This document shows positions 52,088 through 64,000 of a stretch of DNA of 64,000 nt, one piece after another. The notes under the pieces are model-generated. The model worked only from the letters and a program-made list of their open reading frames with translations, was not told the DNA's origin and made no database searches. Position 1 is the first letter of the stretch. Each line of letters starts with the position of its first letter. Origin of the DNA: Octopus bimaculoides (lineage: Eukaryota); NCBI RefSeq assembly GCF_001194135.2, contig NC_068984.1:114771488-114835487 (forward strand). Direction: 5' to 3'. The translations under genes and the position numbers were made by a program.

Positions 52088-52351
52088 ATATATCATATAT
52101 ATATATATATATATTTTACTCTCTTACATGTTTCAGTCATTAGACTGTGGCCATGCTAGTGTGCTGCCTTTAGTCAAAGATACTGACTCCAGGACTTATT
52201 GTTTGTAAGCCTAGTACTTATTCTATCAGTCTCTTTTGCGAAACCGCTAAGTTTCAGGGACGTAAACACACCAACATTGGTTGTCTAGTGATGGTGGGGA
52301 GGCGGGGCAGACAAACACAGACACAAAGACACACACACATAAATATATATA

Positions 52352-53892
52352 CAGGCATACCTCGACTTAAGTCATTTCGATTATATGTCGTTTTTCAAAA
52401 ATAATATATGAAAAAATAAAAATCAAGTCAAGTCATTTTACTCGACTTTACATCTGTCTGCCACAAATATTGGAATCATAAAATTACTAGAAAACCGTTA
52501 AAAGCACATAAAATCATGTTACTGTACAATAAATAAGAATAAAAGCATATAAAATCATATTAAAATATGTACTGTAAATGTTAAGATACACACCATAAAG
52601 TAAGCGAAATCATGAAATCAGCCGTGTTGTCTTATTTATCGGTCTTTTGGAGCTCATATTGTACAGTATCCCAATATCTACCATTAGGTGTCGTTGTCAC
52701 TTGTGATTCCTGCGATTGTTCTGAATGCAGATTTGCTTATGTCTGTTTATTGGCTACTTTCTCATTCTCGTTCATTTGTGGCTTTATTTTTTGCCCCTAT
52801 GGTTCCTAAGAAAATTCATAGTGAAAGTGCTAAGCGTCATGCTATAGTGCTGGAAGATAAACTGGCTATGATAAAATGCCATGAAAGAGATGAAAAAGTG
52901 GTAGTAATTGCATGATCTTTTGGGATGAGTCAGACAACTGTATTGATTATTGTACATCATAAAGACAAGATTTTAGCACGTGTCAGATCTGAAGCACCAG
53001 GGATGAAGAACACTGTCAATAAGAAAAGAGGCAAAATCTTTGAAGAACTGGAAAGTCTTCTTTTTCTTTGGATTGTTAGATTGAATCGTCAGCATGCTAC
53101 TATTAGTCAAGAAATCATTCAAGAGAAAGTGTTGTCTTTGTTTGAGAACCTGAAGAAAAAAATATCCAAATGAGAAAGATGTAGAGTTCAAGGCAAGTCA
53201 AGGATGGTTCATGAGATTTAAGGAGCAAAGAAGTTATCACTCCTTTAAGAAGCAAGGTGAAAGTGCATGAGCTGTTGAACAAGCAGCAGAATTTCCTAAT
53301 GCATTAAAGAAAATAATCGAAGAAAACAGGTTTCTTCCCGAACAGATTTTCAACGTAGATGAAACTGGATTGTATTGGAAAAAATTGCCAGACCGTTCAT
53401 TCATTCTCAAGGAGAAAACTATTTCAGGCTGCAAGGTCTCAAAAGAATGTGTGACCGTTATTGTTAGAAGGTAATTTTACAGATTTTAAGTTAAAACCAT
53501 TGCTTGTGTCATGCACACAACTCCTGTGCCCAGAAGAACATACCCAAGGCATCTCTCTCTATTATATGGATGGTTAATTCAAAAGCATGGGTTACTGTTG
53601 TTGTTTTTGAAGATTGGTTCTTCAATCATTTTATTCTAGCAGCAGAGAAGTACTGAAAGGAAAAGGGAATTCCTTTTAAGGTTTTACTTATCTTAGGTAA
53701 TGCTCCTGGCCACCTGCAAAACATCGTAGATTTTGACCCCAATGTTACCGTCGTATACCTCCCTCCGAACACCATGTCTCTTCTGCAGCCAATGGATAAG
53801 GGAATAATTGCTATCTTCAAGCGTTACTATATGAAGTGTATGTTGCGGCAAGCAATAACTGCAACTGATCTTGATGAGTCCGTCACACTTTG
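52352..53892 (+). mobile_element. Tigger/pogo DNA transposon, 3'-truncated, transposase pseudogene (ATG 52799)
   Basis: TA|CAGGCATACCTCG left TIR, CENP-B-type HTH, and DDE_1 motifs IFNVDETGLYWKK and YLPPNTMSLLQPMDKGII, with stops and frameshifts. Confidence 0.9.
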
Positions 53893-54310
53893 TGACTTTT
53901 TTTTTCATATTCGTTTACTACATGTTGTACATCTATTACACGATTAAAAAATTTTATTTTTGCTCAAGTCAAACACTAGAATTTAAAGGTCATGGTCTGA
54001 CGATGTGAATTTTCCGATTTCTCTCCTCCACCACCCCTGTTCACAAGCATGCATTTTTTTCATATTCGTTTAGAGCAAGTTGTTTTACACCTATTACACT
54101 ATTTTTTCTTTTTCTTGCTCAGGTCAAACACTAGAGTTTAAAGGCCATGGTCTGACGATGTGAATTTTCCGATTTCTCTCCTCCACCACCCCTGTTCACA
54201 AGCATGCATTTTNNNNNNNNNNTGCATTTTTTTCATATTCGTTTAGAGCAAGTTGTTTTACACCTATTACACTATTTTTTCTCTTTTGTTTTTTGCTCGG
54301 GTCAAACCCT
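53893..54310. repeat. ~155-bp tandem repeat, at least 2.5 copies, with a 10-N gap
   Basis: CATGGTCTGACGATGTGAATTTT recurs at 53991 and 54146; a third partial unit follows the gap. Confidence 0.8.
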
Positions 54311-54419
54311 TTAGTTTGGACCAAAACCTTTTAGTGTTTTTACTGTTTTTTGAATAAAGAACAGCATAAAAATAAGAAATAAATTCATAACAACCATTGC
54401 ATTTGTTTCAATCATTTAC

Positions 54420-54425
54420 TTTAAT
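54420..54425 (-). terminator. Possible ATTAAA polyadenylation signal for MRPL32
   Basis: Variant hexamer about 33 nt downstream of the stop; weak on its own. Confidence 0.3.
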
Positions 54426-54457
54426 ATAAAATACTAATAAAAACTAATCTCAAAAAT

Positions 54458-54663
54458 TCATTTAGCTTTAATTAATAAGCTTTTCGCAAACCAGGAAGGT
54501 CTCGTTTTCTTCACTTTCACAACGTATTTATCATGAATACTTTCTTCTTTTTCATTTTCATAAAGCACCACTACTTCTTTCAGAGGAGCAGAATATTTCA
54601 GATCATCTTTGAAAGCTTTCTGCATGAGTTTAGTCTCTTGTCGTACTTTATCGTAGCAGTTAC
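54458..54663 (-). CDS. MRPL32: MRPL32 exon 3 (GNCYDKVRQET...KEVVVLYENE...KKTRPSWFAKSLLIKAK*); total protein 171 aa
   Basis: gaacag acceptor and TGA stop. Completes the second CxxC. Human has CYEKVCKET...ETVVLYTGE...KRPSWF. Confidence 0.93.
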
Positions 54664-56647
54664 CTGTTCAAAGTGAGACAGAAAGACAATAATGACAGGT
54701 AATGAAATTGAATAATTTCTTATATTATATCTCATCTCTCAGTCACAAGTCACTCTTTCTAAGTACTGATTTCCCTATATATTTGATATAACAAGTCACT
54801 AATAATATACAACTTGCAATCACTGTGGTTAAGAAGTATGCTTTACAACCATGCGATGCAGGTGGGATCTTCCTCAGTGGTACTTTGGACAAGTTTCTTT
54901 TACCAAAGCTTTGGACTGACCAATGTTTTGTGATTTGAGTATGGAAACAGTGTGGAAATGTAATGCCTATTTTTTCACAATGTATGTTGGCCAAAAGATC
55001 AATGAAGTGGTTTGCTTTGCTATCATATGGTTTTGGGTTCCACTCCCTGCATGCCCTGTTAGATATGTGCCTTTTACTATACCCTTGGGCTGACTAATAT
55101 CTCACAAGTGAAATTTGTTGAATGGAAACTGTATAGAAGCCTGTTGTGAATGTGTGTGCTTCAGCATGTTTCACATTGTCACCATATTAACAAAAATGGT
55201 AAGTGTTTACATCAGATGCTGGCAGAATCGTTAGCATGCCAGGCGAAATTCTTAACAATATTTCCTCTGACACTATGTTCTGAGTTCAAATTCCGCCAAA
55301 GTCGACTTTGCTTTTCATCCTTTCGGGGTCGATTAAATAAGTACCAGATACGCACTGGGGTCAATGTAATTGACTTAGTCCCTTTGTCTGTCCTTGTTTG
55401 TCCCCTCTTTGTTTAGCCCCTTGTGGGCAATAAAGAATTAAATAATGCCTAATAGCTTAGCAGTTTTATCATGTGTGAAGATCAGTGGAATAAAATACCT
55501 TACTTGAAAAAGAGGTAGAAGTTGGCAACAGGAGGAGCATCTGGCTACAGAATACTGCCTTATAGTAAAAGGAGCAAATGTAAAAAGGGTGATGATGACG
55601 TTTTTGAATAAAAATACCCTGTACAGTGTTTGTTCTGCCTGAGTTGCAGAGACAATCTCATGTTTTTCTATCCACTAAAAACAGTAAATTGGTGACCAAA
55701 ATTACTATTATTCACCAAATGTATTAAAATCGATAAATTAGATAGCAATAAGTTCTACAGATGTCATGTATCTGCTACATATTAAGATTAAGGATTTTCA
55801 GTTAATTAATTTCATCTTTAGAGATGCGTCAGTGTCCTAGAGTATAAAAACATTATTACTCTCAATTTAGAAATTATAGCTCCAAGTGTGAATTAAATCT
55901 GGTACCACATACACCTCCAGGGATAACATAAACTGAAATGTAATGCATATCATCATCATCATGATAACATCTACTTTTCCAAGCTAGCACAGATCAGATG
56001 CCCTTCCTGTTGCAAACCCTCACCTATTTCAAAGTAAAGTAAAAAGTCTTCCATGGCCAGACATATTTTCAAAGAAGACTAGGAACTTGTGTGATGCTGA
56101 CACTATCTTACAACTATCATGTGATGTCTGAGATGGGGAGACACAAACAAACACACTCACATATATATATGATGGACTTCTTTCAGTTTCTGTTAACTGA
56201 ATCCACTCACAGAGCTTTGTTGACTTGGAGCAGTAGTAGAAAACACTTGCCCACGGTGCCATGCAGTGGGACTGAACCCAAAACCACATGGTTGGGAAGT
56301 GAGCCTTTTAACAACACTGCTATACCCAATATAAAATTTTACTTTGTTCATCATCGTTTACTGTCTGCTTTCCATGCTGGCATGGATTGGACAGTTTGAC
56401 ATGGAGCTGTCCAGGGACCAACTGTCTGTTGTGGCATGGCTTCTACAGCTGGATGCCCTTCCTAATGCCAACCACTTAGCAGAGTGTGCTGGATGCTTTT
56501 TATGTGCCACTAGCATAGGTGCTTCCCAAGTGGCATATCATTTAAAAAATAGTCTGCACTACAGTATATTCCACTTCTTAAGTCTACACCTTTTATTTAA
56601 CTACATTTTTTCTTGTGTCTTCCGTCATGGGTGCCTTCTATTCACAT

Positions 56648-57026
56648 GTTGTTGGCACTCCGTCGCTTACGACGTCGAGGGTTCCAGTTGATCTGATCAA
56701 TGGAACGGCCAGCTCGTGAAATTAACGTGCAAGTGGCTGAGCACTCCACAGACACGTGTACCCTTATCGTAGTTCTCAGGGATATTCAGCGTGACACAGT
56801 GTGACAAGGCTGACCCTTTGAATTACAGGCACAACAGAAACAGGAAGAGTGAGAGAAAGTTGTGGTGAAAGAGTACAGCAGGGTTCGCCACCATCCCTTG
56901 CTGGAGCCTCGTGGAGCTTTAGGTGTTTTCGTTCAATAAACACTCACAACGCCCGGTCTGGGAATAGAAAGGGCGATATTATGACGACGAGTCGGCTGCC
57001 CTAACAACTGGGCCATTGCGCCTCCA
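56648..57026 (-). mobile_element. SINE family A copy in MRPL32 intron 2
   Basis: Full head to tail. Confidence 0.88.
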
Positions 57027-57131
57027 CTCACAACATGTAACACAATTATGAAATAATAAAAGTAACAACAATATTGCCAAGAAACTAATTGTGTTTAATA
57101 AGATGATATGAGATTCTTTAACAGTTCTTAC

Positions 57132-57371
57132 CGCAAATAGTGTCATTTTCGTGATAATGTCCACACTGAAGACATGCAATAATATTTTGCTTTGGTCTTG
57201 CATGTTCAAAATGTTTCAGTTCTGACATTTTGCGTATTTTACGTTTTTCAGTTGATCGTCTGCTTTTTGGGGCACCCCACAAGAAACTTTCAAAAATGGA
57301 ATCAAGAATATTTGAGGCCTTCTGGTAAACGTCATTTTCGGTATCGGTTGTAACAAATGCTAGAGCTGGTT
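57132..57371 (-). CDS. MRPL32: MRPL32 exon 2 (PALAFV...SFLWGAPKSRRSTEKRKIRK...NIIACLQCGHYHENDTIC)
   Basis: tttcag acceptor and gtaaga donor, phase 1-1. Contains PALA, W-x-APK-x-RR and CxxCGH motifs as in human FWMAAPKNRR...CPECGH. Confidence 0.93.
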
Positions 57372-58825
57372 CTGAAACATGAATTTAATATTTCCATTAA
57401 TTAATTAATAAATTAATAATTTGTGTATAACTAATAAAAAAAAATATTATAAACTTCTTTCATTGTATTTATAATATGGATTAGAAATTTTCTAATATAT
57501 TCTTTTCTAATTTCCTAAAAGACTTTCCTCAGAATTGGGTACATGTTTTCAACACACAGGTAGTTTATCAAAGAAATAGCTTTTTCTCCAGTTTCAAGAA
57601 GGTAGGCTGTAGGCTTGTAGTACTTCTGGAGATGGAGCACAAAGAATATTATAGACCAGATTTTAAAGAAGGAAATTAAACAAATAATAATTATCGCCAC
57701 CATTTCTGTTTTATGTCTGCTGTCCAAGCTAGTATGAGCTGGATAAATCTGTCTCCCAAATTAGGTTGGTAGGCAGAGGGTTACCACATGTTTCATTTTG
57801 GCTTAGTTTTGATGGCTAGATGCCCTTTCCTAGTACCAGCCACTTTACAGAGAGTAGGAGATGCTTGTCTATGCCACTGGCATAGAGGTAACTTTAATCA
57901 CGTCCTTGACTAGACTAAAGGGTCTTAACAATCACACACTTTACAATGTGTACTGGATGTGTTTTTTATGACACCATCACTAAAGAGTTATCCATGTCCT
58001 CATCACCACTAAAGGAACTTTATAACACCATGTCGCTGTCTGCTCATCAATCTCTTTACAAAGAAGCACGAGTGATGGGAGAAATGCCTAATAGTGGAAT
58101 GAGTGACAGGAGTACTCTGTATTCTGAGAAAGGTATTCAAGGCAATATGACTGGGATAGTAGGGAGGTGGCAGAAATCTATGTTAGCCAGGGGATAGAGT
58201 GATGGCAGAAGCACAGGACGTGAAGGAAAAAAAGTAATCTAAATTAAAACCTTCCATCAAAATCCCATGTAAATTTAGATTTTAAACATCTGCTTAATAA
58301 TGGAAAGTTATTTTGCTTCAATTCTTCATTATTTTGAAAATTAACTGAAACAAAAGCAGCATATTCTAACAGAAATTTAGTAACAAAAGGGTTAATGCTT
58401 CTGGTTTAAAGTGAACAGGCTCTAGTTTTCTAGTACCTTTGATAACAGAGTTCAGAAGGATTCTTTTTTCACTGAATAACGTTAGAAGTTAACTGTAGGT
58501 TGAAGTAAGGGAGATAATTCGTTTATCACCTGATACTTTTTTTTTTTACTTGCTCAGGTTAAAAGAAGACACAGTGCCCATAGGTTTTCAGACCTCTTGG
58601 CACAGGTAAAACTGAAGCTATTAAGGTTCTTCTTGAATGTTTGTAAGACAATACTTGCAGAAAGACATGAACAGGCAAGAATTTCAAGAGGAACGATGAT
58701 CTACGACGGAAAGCCGAAATGGGAGATTAATACGGGGCCTGAGAGAGTTGGTCATAAGAGAGGAGTTGGTAGATAGAGGCGACATGAGTTCAACCATTTC
58801 CGAGAAACAGAAGCCATTATAATTG

Positions 58826-58859
<34 letters not shown>

Positions 58860-60054
58860 ACAGTTTGCTTGTGGGTCTGTGAGTGACATTATGCCATTCA
58901 GTTAGGTGGCCTTTTTTCTGGATGCAGTCTAAGATGTCTGTGTTTGTGTCGCAGTAACACCACCCCAGCTTTGCGGGCATTACTCCACCGTGGGCCTCAT
59001 TTGGGCTTTGTAGAATACCAATAATTGTTGGGTGGAGTTGGGTGATTTATCTTCTGGTTCAGAGGATATGGGCAAGTCGTTGGGTTGTGATTGTAGCTAT
59101 GTTGCATAACATTTAGACTGATTTTTATACATTCTAATTTCAAATCCCGTTAAAAACAGCTTTTTCGAATAACCAGATGGGGCGATTTTCCCGGACCAAT
59201 GTAACTCTTCCACGCCAGACACCTCGATCAAGCAATGAAGCATGAATGTCTGGTCTGGCCTTAATCACATTGGTCTTTTGCTAATTAAAATATCTCATCT
59301 GCGTACGCCACAACTGCATAGATGATAACAGTAGCTCGCTAACTGAACTGATTGACCCTGGCAGTTGATAGTTTGTTGTTCGTTCATCCTTGCCATTGAT
59401 TCAATTAGTTCATTTTCCGAAACAGTTCACATGTTGCATCCCAATGATTTCAAGGTACCCTGGCTCGGATGGTTCCATGCTGTTTAACCTATAGTTGGGA
59501 CCATGATAGGTGCCACTACTGCGGAACAATAGTAGCTAAGAGGTGATTCCACATTCTTCAAAACTCCAGAATTCCCGAAATAGGGTCCAATTACAGGATG
59601 CAGTTTAAAGGACTTAAACAAATTTGAATCCTCCAACAATCGATATAAGTACCAGTTATATACTGAGTCCATTCAGTCGACCGTATCTTATAAAGTTTGG
59701 CTGTGGCTTTGCTGTAATTTAAAAGAAAATATAACTATAAACTGAACTTGAAAAAAAAAAAAATTATCAGGAATATTAAAATGTATAAGCAGACCGTCTC
59801 TTAATATTTTATGGGTAAGACTTACAGGATCACATGTAACTGAAAAGGAACAGCAGTTTCATGAGATTATATTTACTAAAATAAAAATTGAACAACAAAT
59901 ATTTGTTGATTTGTGTGTGACATTGAAACGTGTGCTGAATGTTATAGTGTGTAGGACCGAGTTTCAAATGAAGTCTCAAGATTTTTCAAACAAAATTGAT
60001 AAACACAAACACTTACAACTGATAAATAAATATAATTTCAAAACTAAATCTTAC

Positions 60055-60124
60055 TTGGTGATTGATTCCAATTCAATAATCGAAAAATATCTCGTTCCAG
60101 TCGAAGAACTACATTTCTCAACAT
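60055..60124 (-). CDS. MRPL32: Mitochondrial ribosomal protein bL32m, exon 1 (MLRNVVLRLERDIFRLLNWNQSP), presequence-like
   Basis: agcATG start and gtaaga donor, phase 1. Arg-rich amphipathic N-terminus joins exon 2 in frame. Confidence 0.8.
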
Positions 60125-60353
60125 GCTGTCTGTAGTTTAACTAGTTTATGGTATATATATAAACTATAGTTACGTATAAATATTACAATATCTGAAATTA
60201 AGAATTAGCAGCAAAAATAAAAGAAATCAATAATATTTATTTTAATTAAATATTATATGTGAATTTTGTAGTCAATTTATATCTAATATTTTATTCATCA
60301 TTTAATTTTATCTTCGGCTATGAAATTTACTTTAACACAATTCATTAACCAAA
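60125..60353. promoter_or_regulatory. Putative bidirectional promoter and 5' UTRs of MRPL32/PSMA2 (229 bp between ATGs)
   Basis: Divergent ATGs separated by a very AT-rich, repeat-free spacer. Confidence 0.7.
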
Positions 60354-60391
60354 ATGTCTGAACGATACAGTTTTTCCCTGACAACATTCAG
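60354..60391 (+). CDS. PSMA2: Proteasome subunit alpha type-2, coding exon 1 (MSERYSFSLTTFS)
   Basis: aaaATG start and gtaatg donor, phase 2. Carries the proteasome alpha N-terminal signature YSFSLTTFS. Confidence 0.95.
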
Positions 60392-61329
60392 GTAATGTAT
60401 TTACATATTTATTTATATATATTACGATATTTTTCACTGTTGATCATTTCATTTTACGGAATACTCTATTGTCTCTATCTTTTGTTATGATTATTGTATT
60501 CTGCAACTCAAGGAAATATATATTAAGGAATCCCTGAAACTCGTTCAATTTCTGCTTTCTCATCCATTCGCAGCATGACCGGTCTCTTTGTCGCTTCAGA
60601 ATGTTTTAAGATATTTCACTATATTATTTATATTTGTTCTTAACTATACAATCCCGAAACCGTAAGATCTGTAAGTTACTAAATCAATTTGTAAAATTAT
60701 GTTCTTACCATCGTGAATATCTCTATTTTTAAATACTTGGTACTTTAACTGCTTTTGCATAATTGTATTTTCAAAATGTTTTTATCCTCGTGTTGGAAGG
60801 TTTGAGATTGTTGGGCAAAAGAAAGAAATATTGGTTAATTAAAACAAAACAATTCTGATAGCAACTGGAAACCGTACGATTAACATCTTGGTACTCTTCT
60901 TGAATAGTACCTAACATCTTTAGCTGTTAATTCTGTACAAATTGGCAAGTTCGAGACTAATCGAAAGAATGTCGTTAATTTTTGTATAAAGTATTCCACG
61001 AGAAACGTGCGTGAGTATAATGCTATATTGCTGGATTATTGTATATAAAGATTGTTTTCCCTCATTTTCATTAATTGAAAATATTCTTTTTACTTAAAAA
61101 TCTCCTATTGAAAGTTCAAAGACGTAATCTTTTCATGATCACAAGTTCCGTACGAAGTCTGGGGTTTCCGTAGCGGTAAGGTATTGGAGAACAAACCTTA
61201 CTCTGTTGGACAAGAAATTTCTCTAGAAAACCCTACTATCTATTCCCAACAGCTAAAGAAACTCATACCAGAAAGAGGAGATTTGGACGTATGAGTTTGC
61301 TGTCCATTACGCTATCTGCACGACCATTT

Positions 61330-62420
61330 AATCTCAGACAACTTCTGGAAGTAGGCTTATAGCTTCAGTTCTTTTTCATTTGGTCTTATTTGACAGTAGT
61401 CACAGCGGCTTTGGTTGAATCTCTGCTCCTTATTCTTCCAGGCATGGTTCAGTCTTTCAAACCCCACTTATTTTGATTTACTACCCTTTCCTTGAGATTG
61501 TTCAAAGTATTCACAACTCACGAAACGAATTTGTTTACTCTCATTCTTACTTACTGTTTGTGCATTTTCTTATCGTGCTTCCCTGTCATTTCTTCTTGGT
61601 TCACAAATATATCGTCACAAAATTCTTTATTTAGCTTCCATTCATGATCTTAAAAACCTTAATCATGTCCCATGTGATTTATTGTAAGCAAGGGCAAGCA
61701 AAGCTATCTCCCTGATTTGTTCCTCATATGAGAGTTTTCTTAATGCTGGGAGAAACTTTGTGACTCTTTGCTGTACATTTTCTACTATTTTGGTGTCCTT
61801 CAGTTTATATAGGCACCAGACCTGGATTGATTACCTCACTGATGCTGTATTCAATGTCTTGAATATTGCTTTATTCAGTATACTGAAGGATCTTATAAAC
61901 CCTACTAACCTGTTATTTATTTTCTCTACTGAGTGCTCCCTAAACTTCAGACAGTTGCCTGCCAGAACACACCTGGCTCTTTTTCTTATGAAATTTTTTA
62001 TTCACCTATTTCATACTTTTTTCTTGTTATTCTTCCTATCTCATAAATCTGCATTTTTTTTTTTACTGTTATGTTCCATCTTATATCTGACTATCTTTCT
62101 CTTCACTATGGTTTTCCTAATTTTATGCACAACACCGGTGAGACTTACTGGTTCATAGTTTCCAGAATCACACTTTTCCCCATTCTTGAAGACTAGTAAT
62201 TTTAGCTTTCTTCAGTTCCTTGGATATATCTTATATGGCTTGCTAATAAAAAGATGAAAATTAATTCCTTTGACCTCAGAAGTGATTCTATTATCTCTTT
62301 GACAACTTTTCAGGTCTAGGAGATTTGTATCTCTTTAATATAATGCTAGCTTTCTTAATGTGTGTTTTATCTCCATGGTTATTAAATAACTAGAACCTTG
62401 TAGGGATTTCTGTCAGGTTC
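61330..62420 (-). mobile_element. Degraded CR1-clade LINE 3' fragment in PSMA2 intron 1
   Basis: Translates to IVENVQQRVTKFLPALRKLSYEEQIREI, matching the CR1 LExVQRRATKL...LSYEERL motif. Confidence 0.7.
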
Positions 62421-62902
62421 TTTTGTGGACACACTACTAAGAAATCCTGTGGGTACGTTAGCATTTTATTGTTGTTAATTATTTATGTCACACCCATGCT
62501 ATTCCTATACAGCTCACTTAATCAGGATTTGTTTTCTTCTGTTTGTCTTCAAACATATTTTTAGAATATTTGAAGATTTGTCATATTTAGGCATATGTCA
62601 ATTTGGGTTTGACATCTTGAATCATTTCCGATAACAACCTCTCTGCTCTTTTGATTTTGTACAGTGTTAAAGTTCTCTCTTATTCTAGCTATATCTCATT
62701 CCATTTTCTCAATTTTGTTAGTTGCACCTTCAAAAAAAGCCGGATCCTCTTCAATTTTATTGTCACTCTGTTAAGTAGTTTGCACTAAGTTGCAATTGTA
62801 AAACACTTTAAAATTGTGAATCAACTTAAAGCCCTATCAATACTTGCAGTTGAATAATGTTTCTTTTTTTTTTTTTTGCTTTATTTTATTTTCATTTTAC
62901 AG

Positions 62903-62979
62903 CCCTTCAGGTAAACTTGTCCAAATTGAATATGCTCTGGCAGCAGTTGCAGCTGGTGCACCTTCTGTTGGGATTAAAG
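62903..62979 (+). CDS. PSMA2: PSMA2 coding exon 2 ([25 protein letters not shown]); gene continues off-window
   Basis: ttttacag acceptor and gtaaat donor. Near-identical to human [25 protein letters not shown]. Confidence 0.96.
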
Positions 62980-64000
62980 GTAAATACATTAATATAATTT
63001 TTATAGATGTACATATGAATTCCTGTTTTTATTGGCTCAGTCACTTTATTAGTAGCATCTAAATGTGTGACAGGTTAGTCATCTATGTACTGTGAGGTAA
63101 TATACAGTACTACATTTCCATTAGTAAATTTTCATGTCAGTTAATGCTTGATATTTCTTTTTCCCATTATCTTTTATCAAATCATCATCATCATCATCAT
63201 CCTTTAACATCTGTTTTTGATGTTGGCACGGGTTGAACAGTTTGACCAGAGCTGGCAAGCCAGAGAGCTGCACTAGGTTTCAGTCTGATTTGGATTGGTT
63301 TCTATAGCTGGATGCCCTTCCTAATGCCAACCACTTTACAGTGTGTGTTGGGTGCCTTTAACATGGCACCAGTATGAACACATTTATATGACATTGACAC
63401 AGGACTCTTGCAGGCCAAGAGTACTTTAAAGGGTATAGTTCTAGCAGCTATTTCCATTTTCTTTCTATTATTCAAAATACTGTTTTACATCCATTTTTCC
63501 ATACTAGTACAGCAATAGATTTTGTTGCAACAATTTTTTTTTAACAACCGGATACCTTTCCTGTTGCTAACCACTCAGCTGTATAGTCAATATGGGATCT
63601 ATTAACAGTTAAGCAGTTATATGCCATCTCTACATTACAATACTTTACCCGTAATTGTCAGCTCTGTTGATAGTCATATTGGTTGCCTTACTAGGTGGAC
63701 TGAGGCAAGCAGTATGATGAGCTTTACCCAGAAACATAACACAATAGGTATAGTAAAATTTTAAATAATGGTCAGGTGCTCAGTAGTTAAGCACCTTTAC
63801 CTCACATCCCATCTACTTGTACTGTTGTACCTTCTTAGTAATCTTGTCTTCATCTCTTACTAAATTTACTAACCCTGTCTTAAAACGACCTTCAGTATTG
63901 TCTTAGGAACTCAGGGTTCTGCCTGGATTGACTCTTTTTCTTTTTTTTTTTATCCTTTGCAACTGATAAAATAAGTATCACTAACATACTATAAATACTA

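Noticed and set aside
1-64000. CRISPR arrays, rRNA genes or prokaryotic operons
   Set aside because: None seen. The DNA is eukaryotic with spliced genes, and its repeats are microsatellites and dispersed TEs without a repeat-spacer structure.

Overview
AT-rich, microsatellite- and SINE-dense animal genomic DNA with several N gaps. The repeat complement looks like an octopus/coleoid cephalopod (inference). Manual splice-aware reading on both strands finds four intron-containing genes that the ORF track largely misses. They form two divergent (head-to-head) pairs: PHF14 (minus; 17 visible coding exons from ATG 32498 down to 787, one further exon inferred inside the 8841-9395 gap, 3' end off-window) with NDUFA4/COXFA4 (plus; 4 coding exons 32843-41803, 83 aa), and MRPL32 (minus; 3 coding exons 60124-54458, 171 aa) with PSMA2 (plus; first 2 coding exons from 60354). 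From recall, both pairs are also divergent neighbours in human on chr7p, so this may be ancient microsynteny. Introns and the NDUFA4-MRPL32 spacer hold three tRNA-derived SINE families, RTE/CR1/CRE LINE remnants, Tigger/pogo and DD37D mariner remnants, TTAA-flanked and hAT MITEs, a Helentron-type non-autonomous element, and a candidate minimal hammerhead ribozyme. All coordinates and homologies were derived by eye, without database searches.
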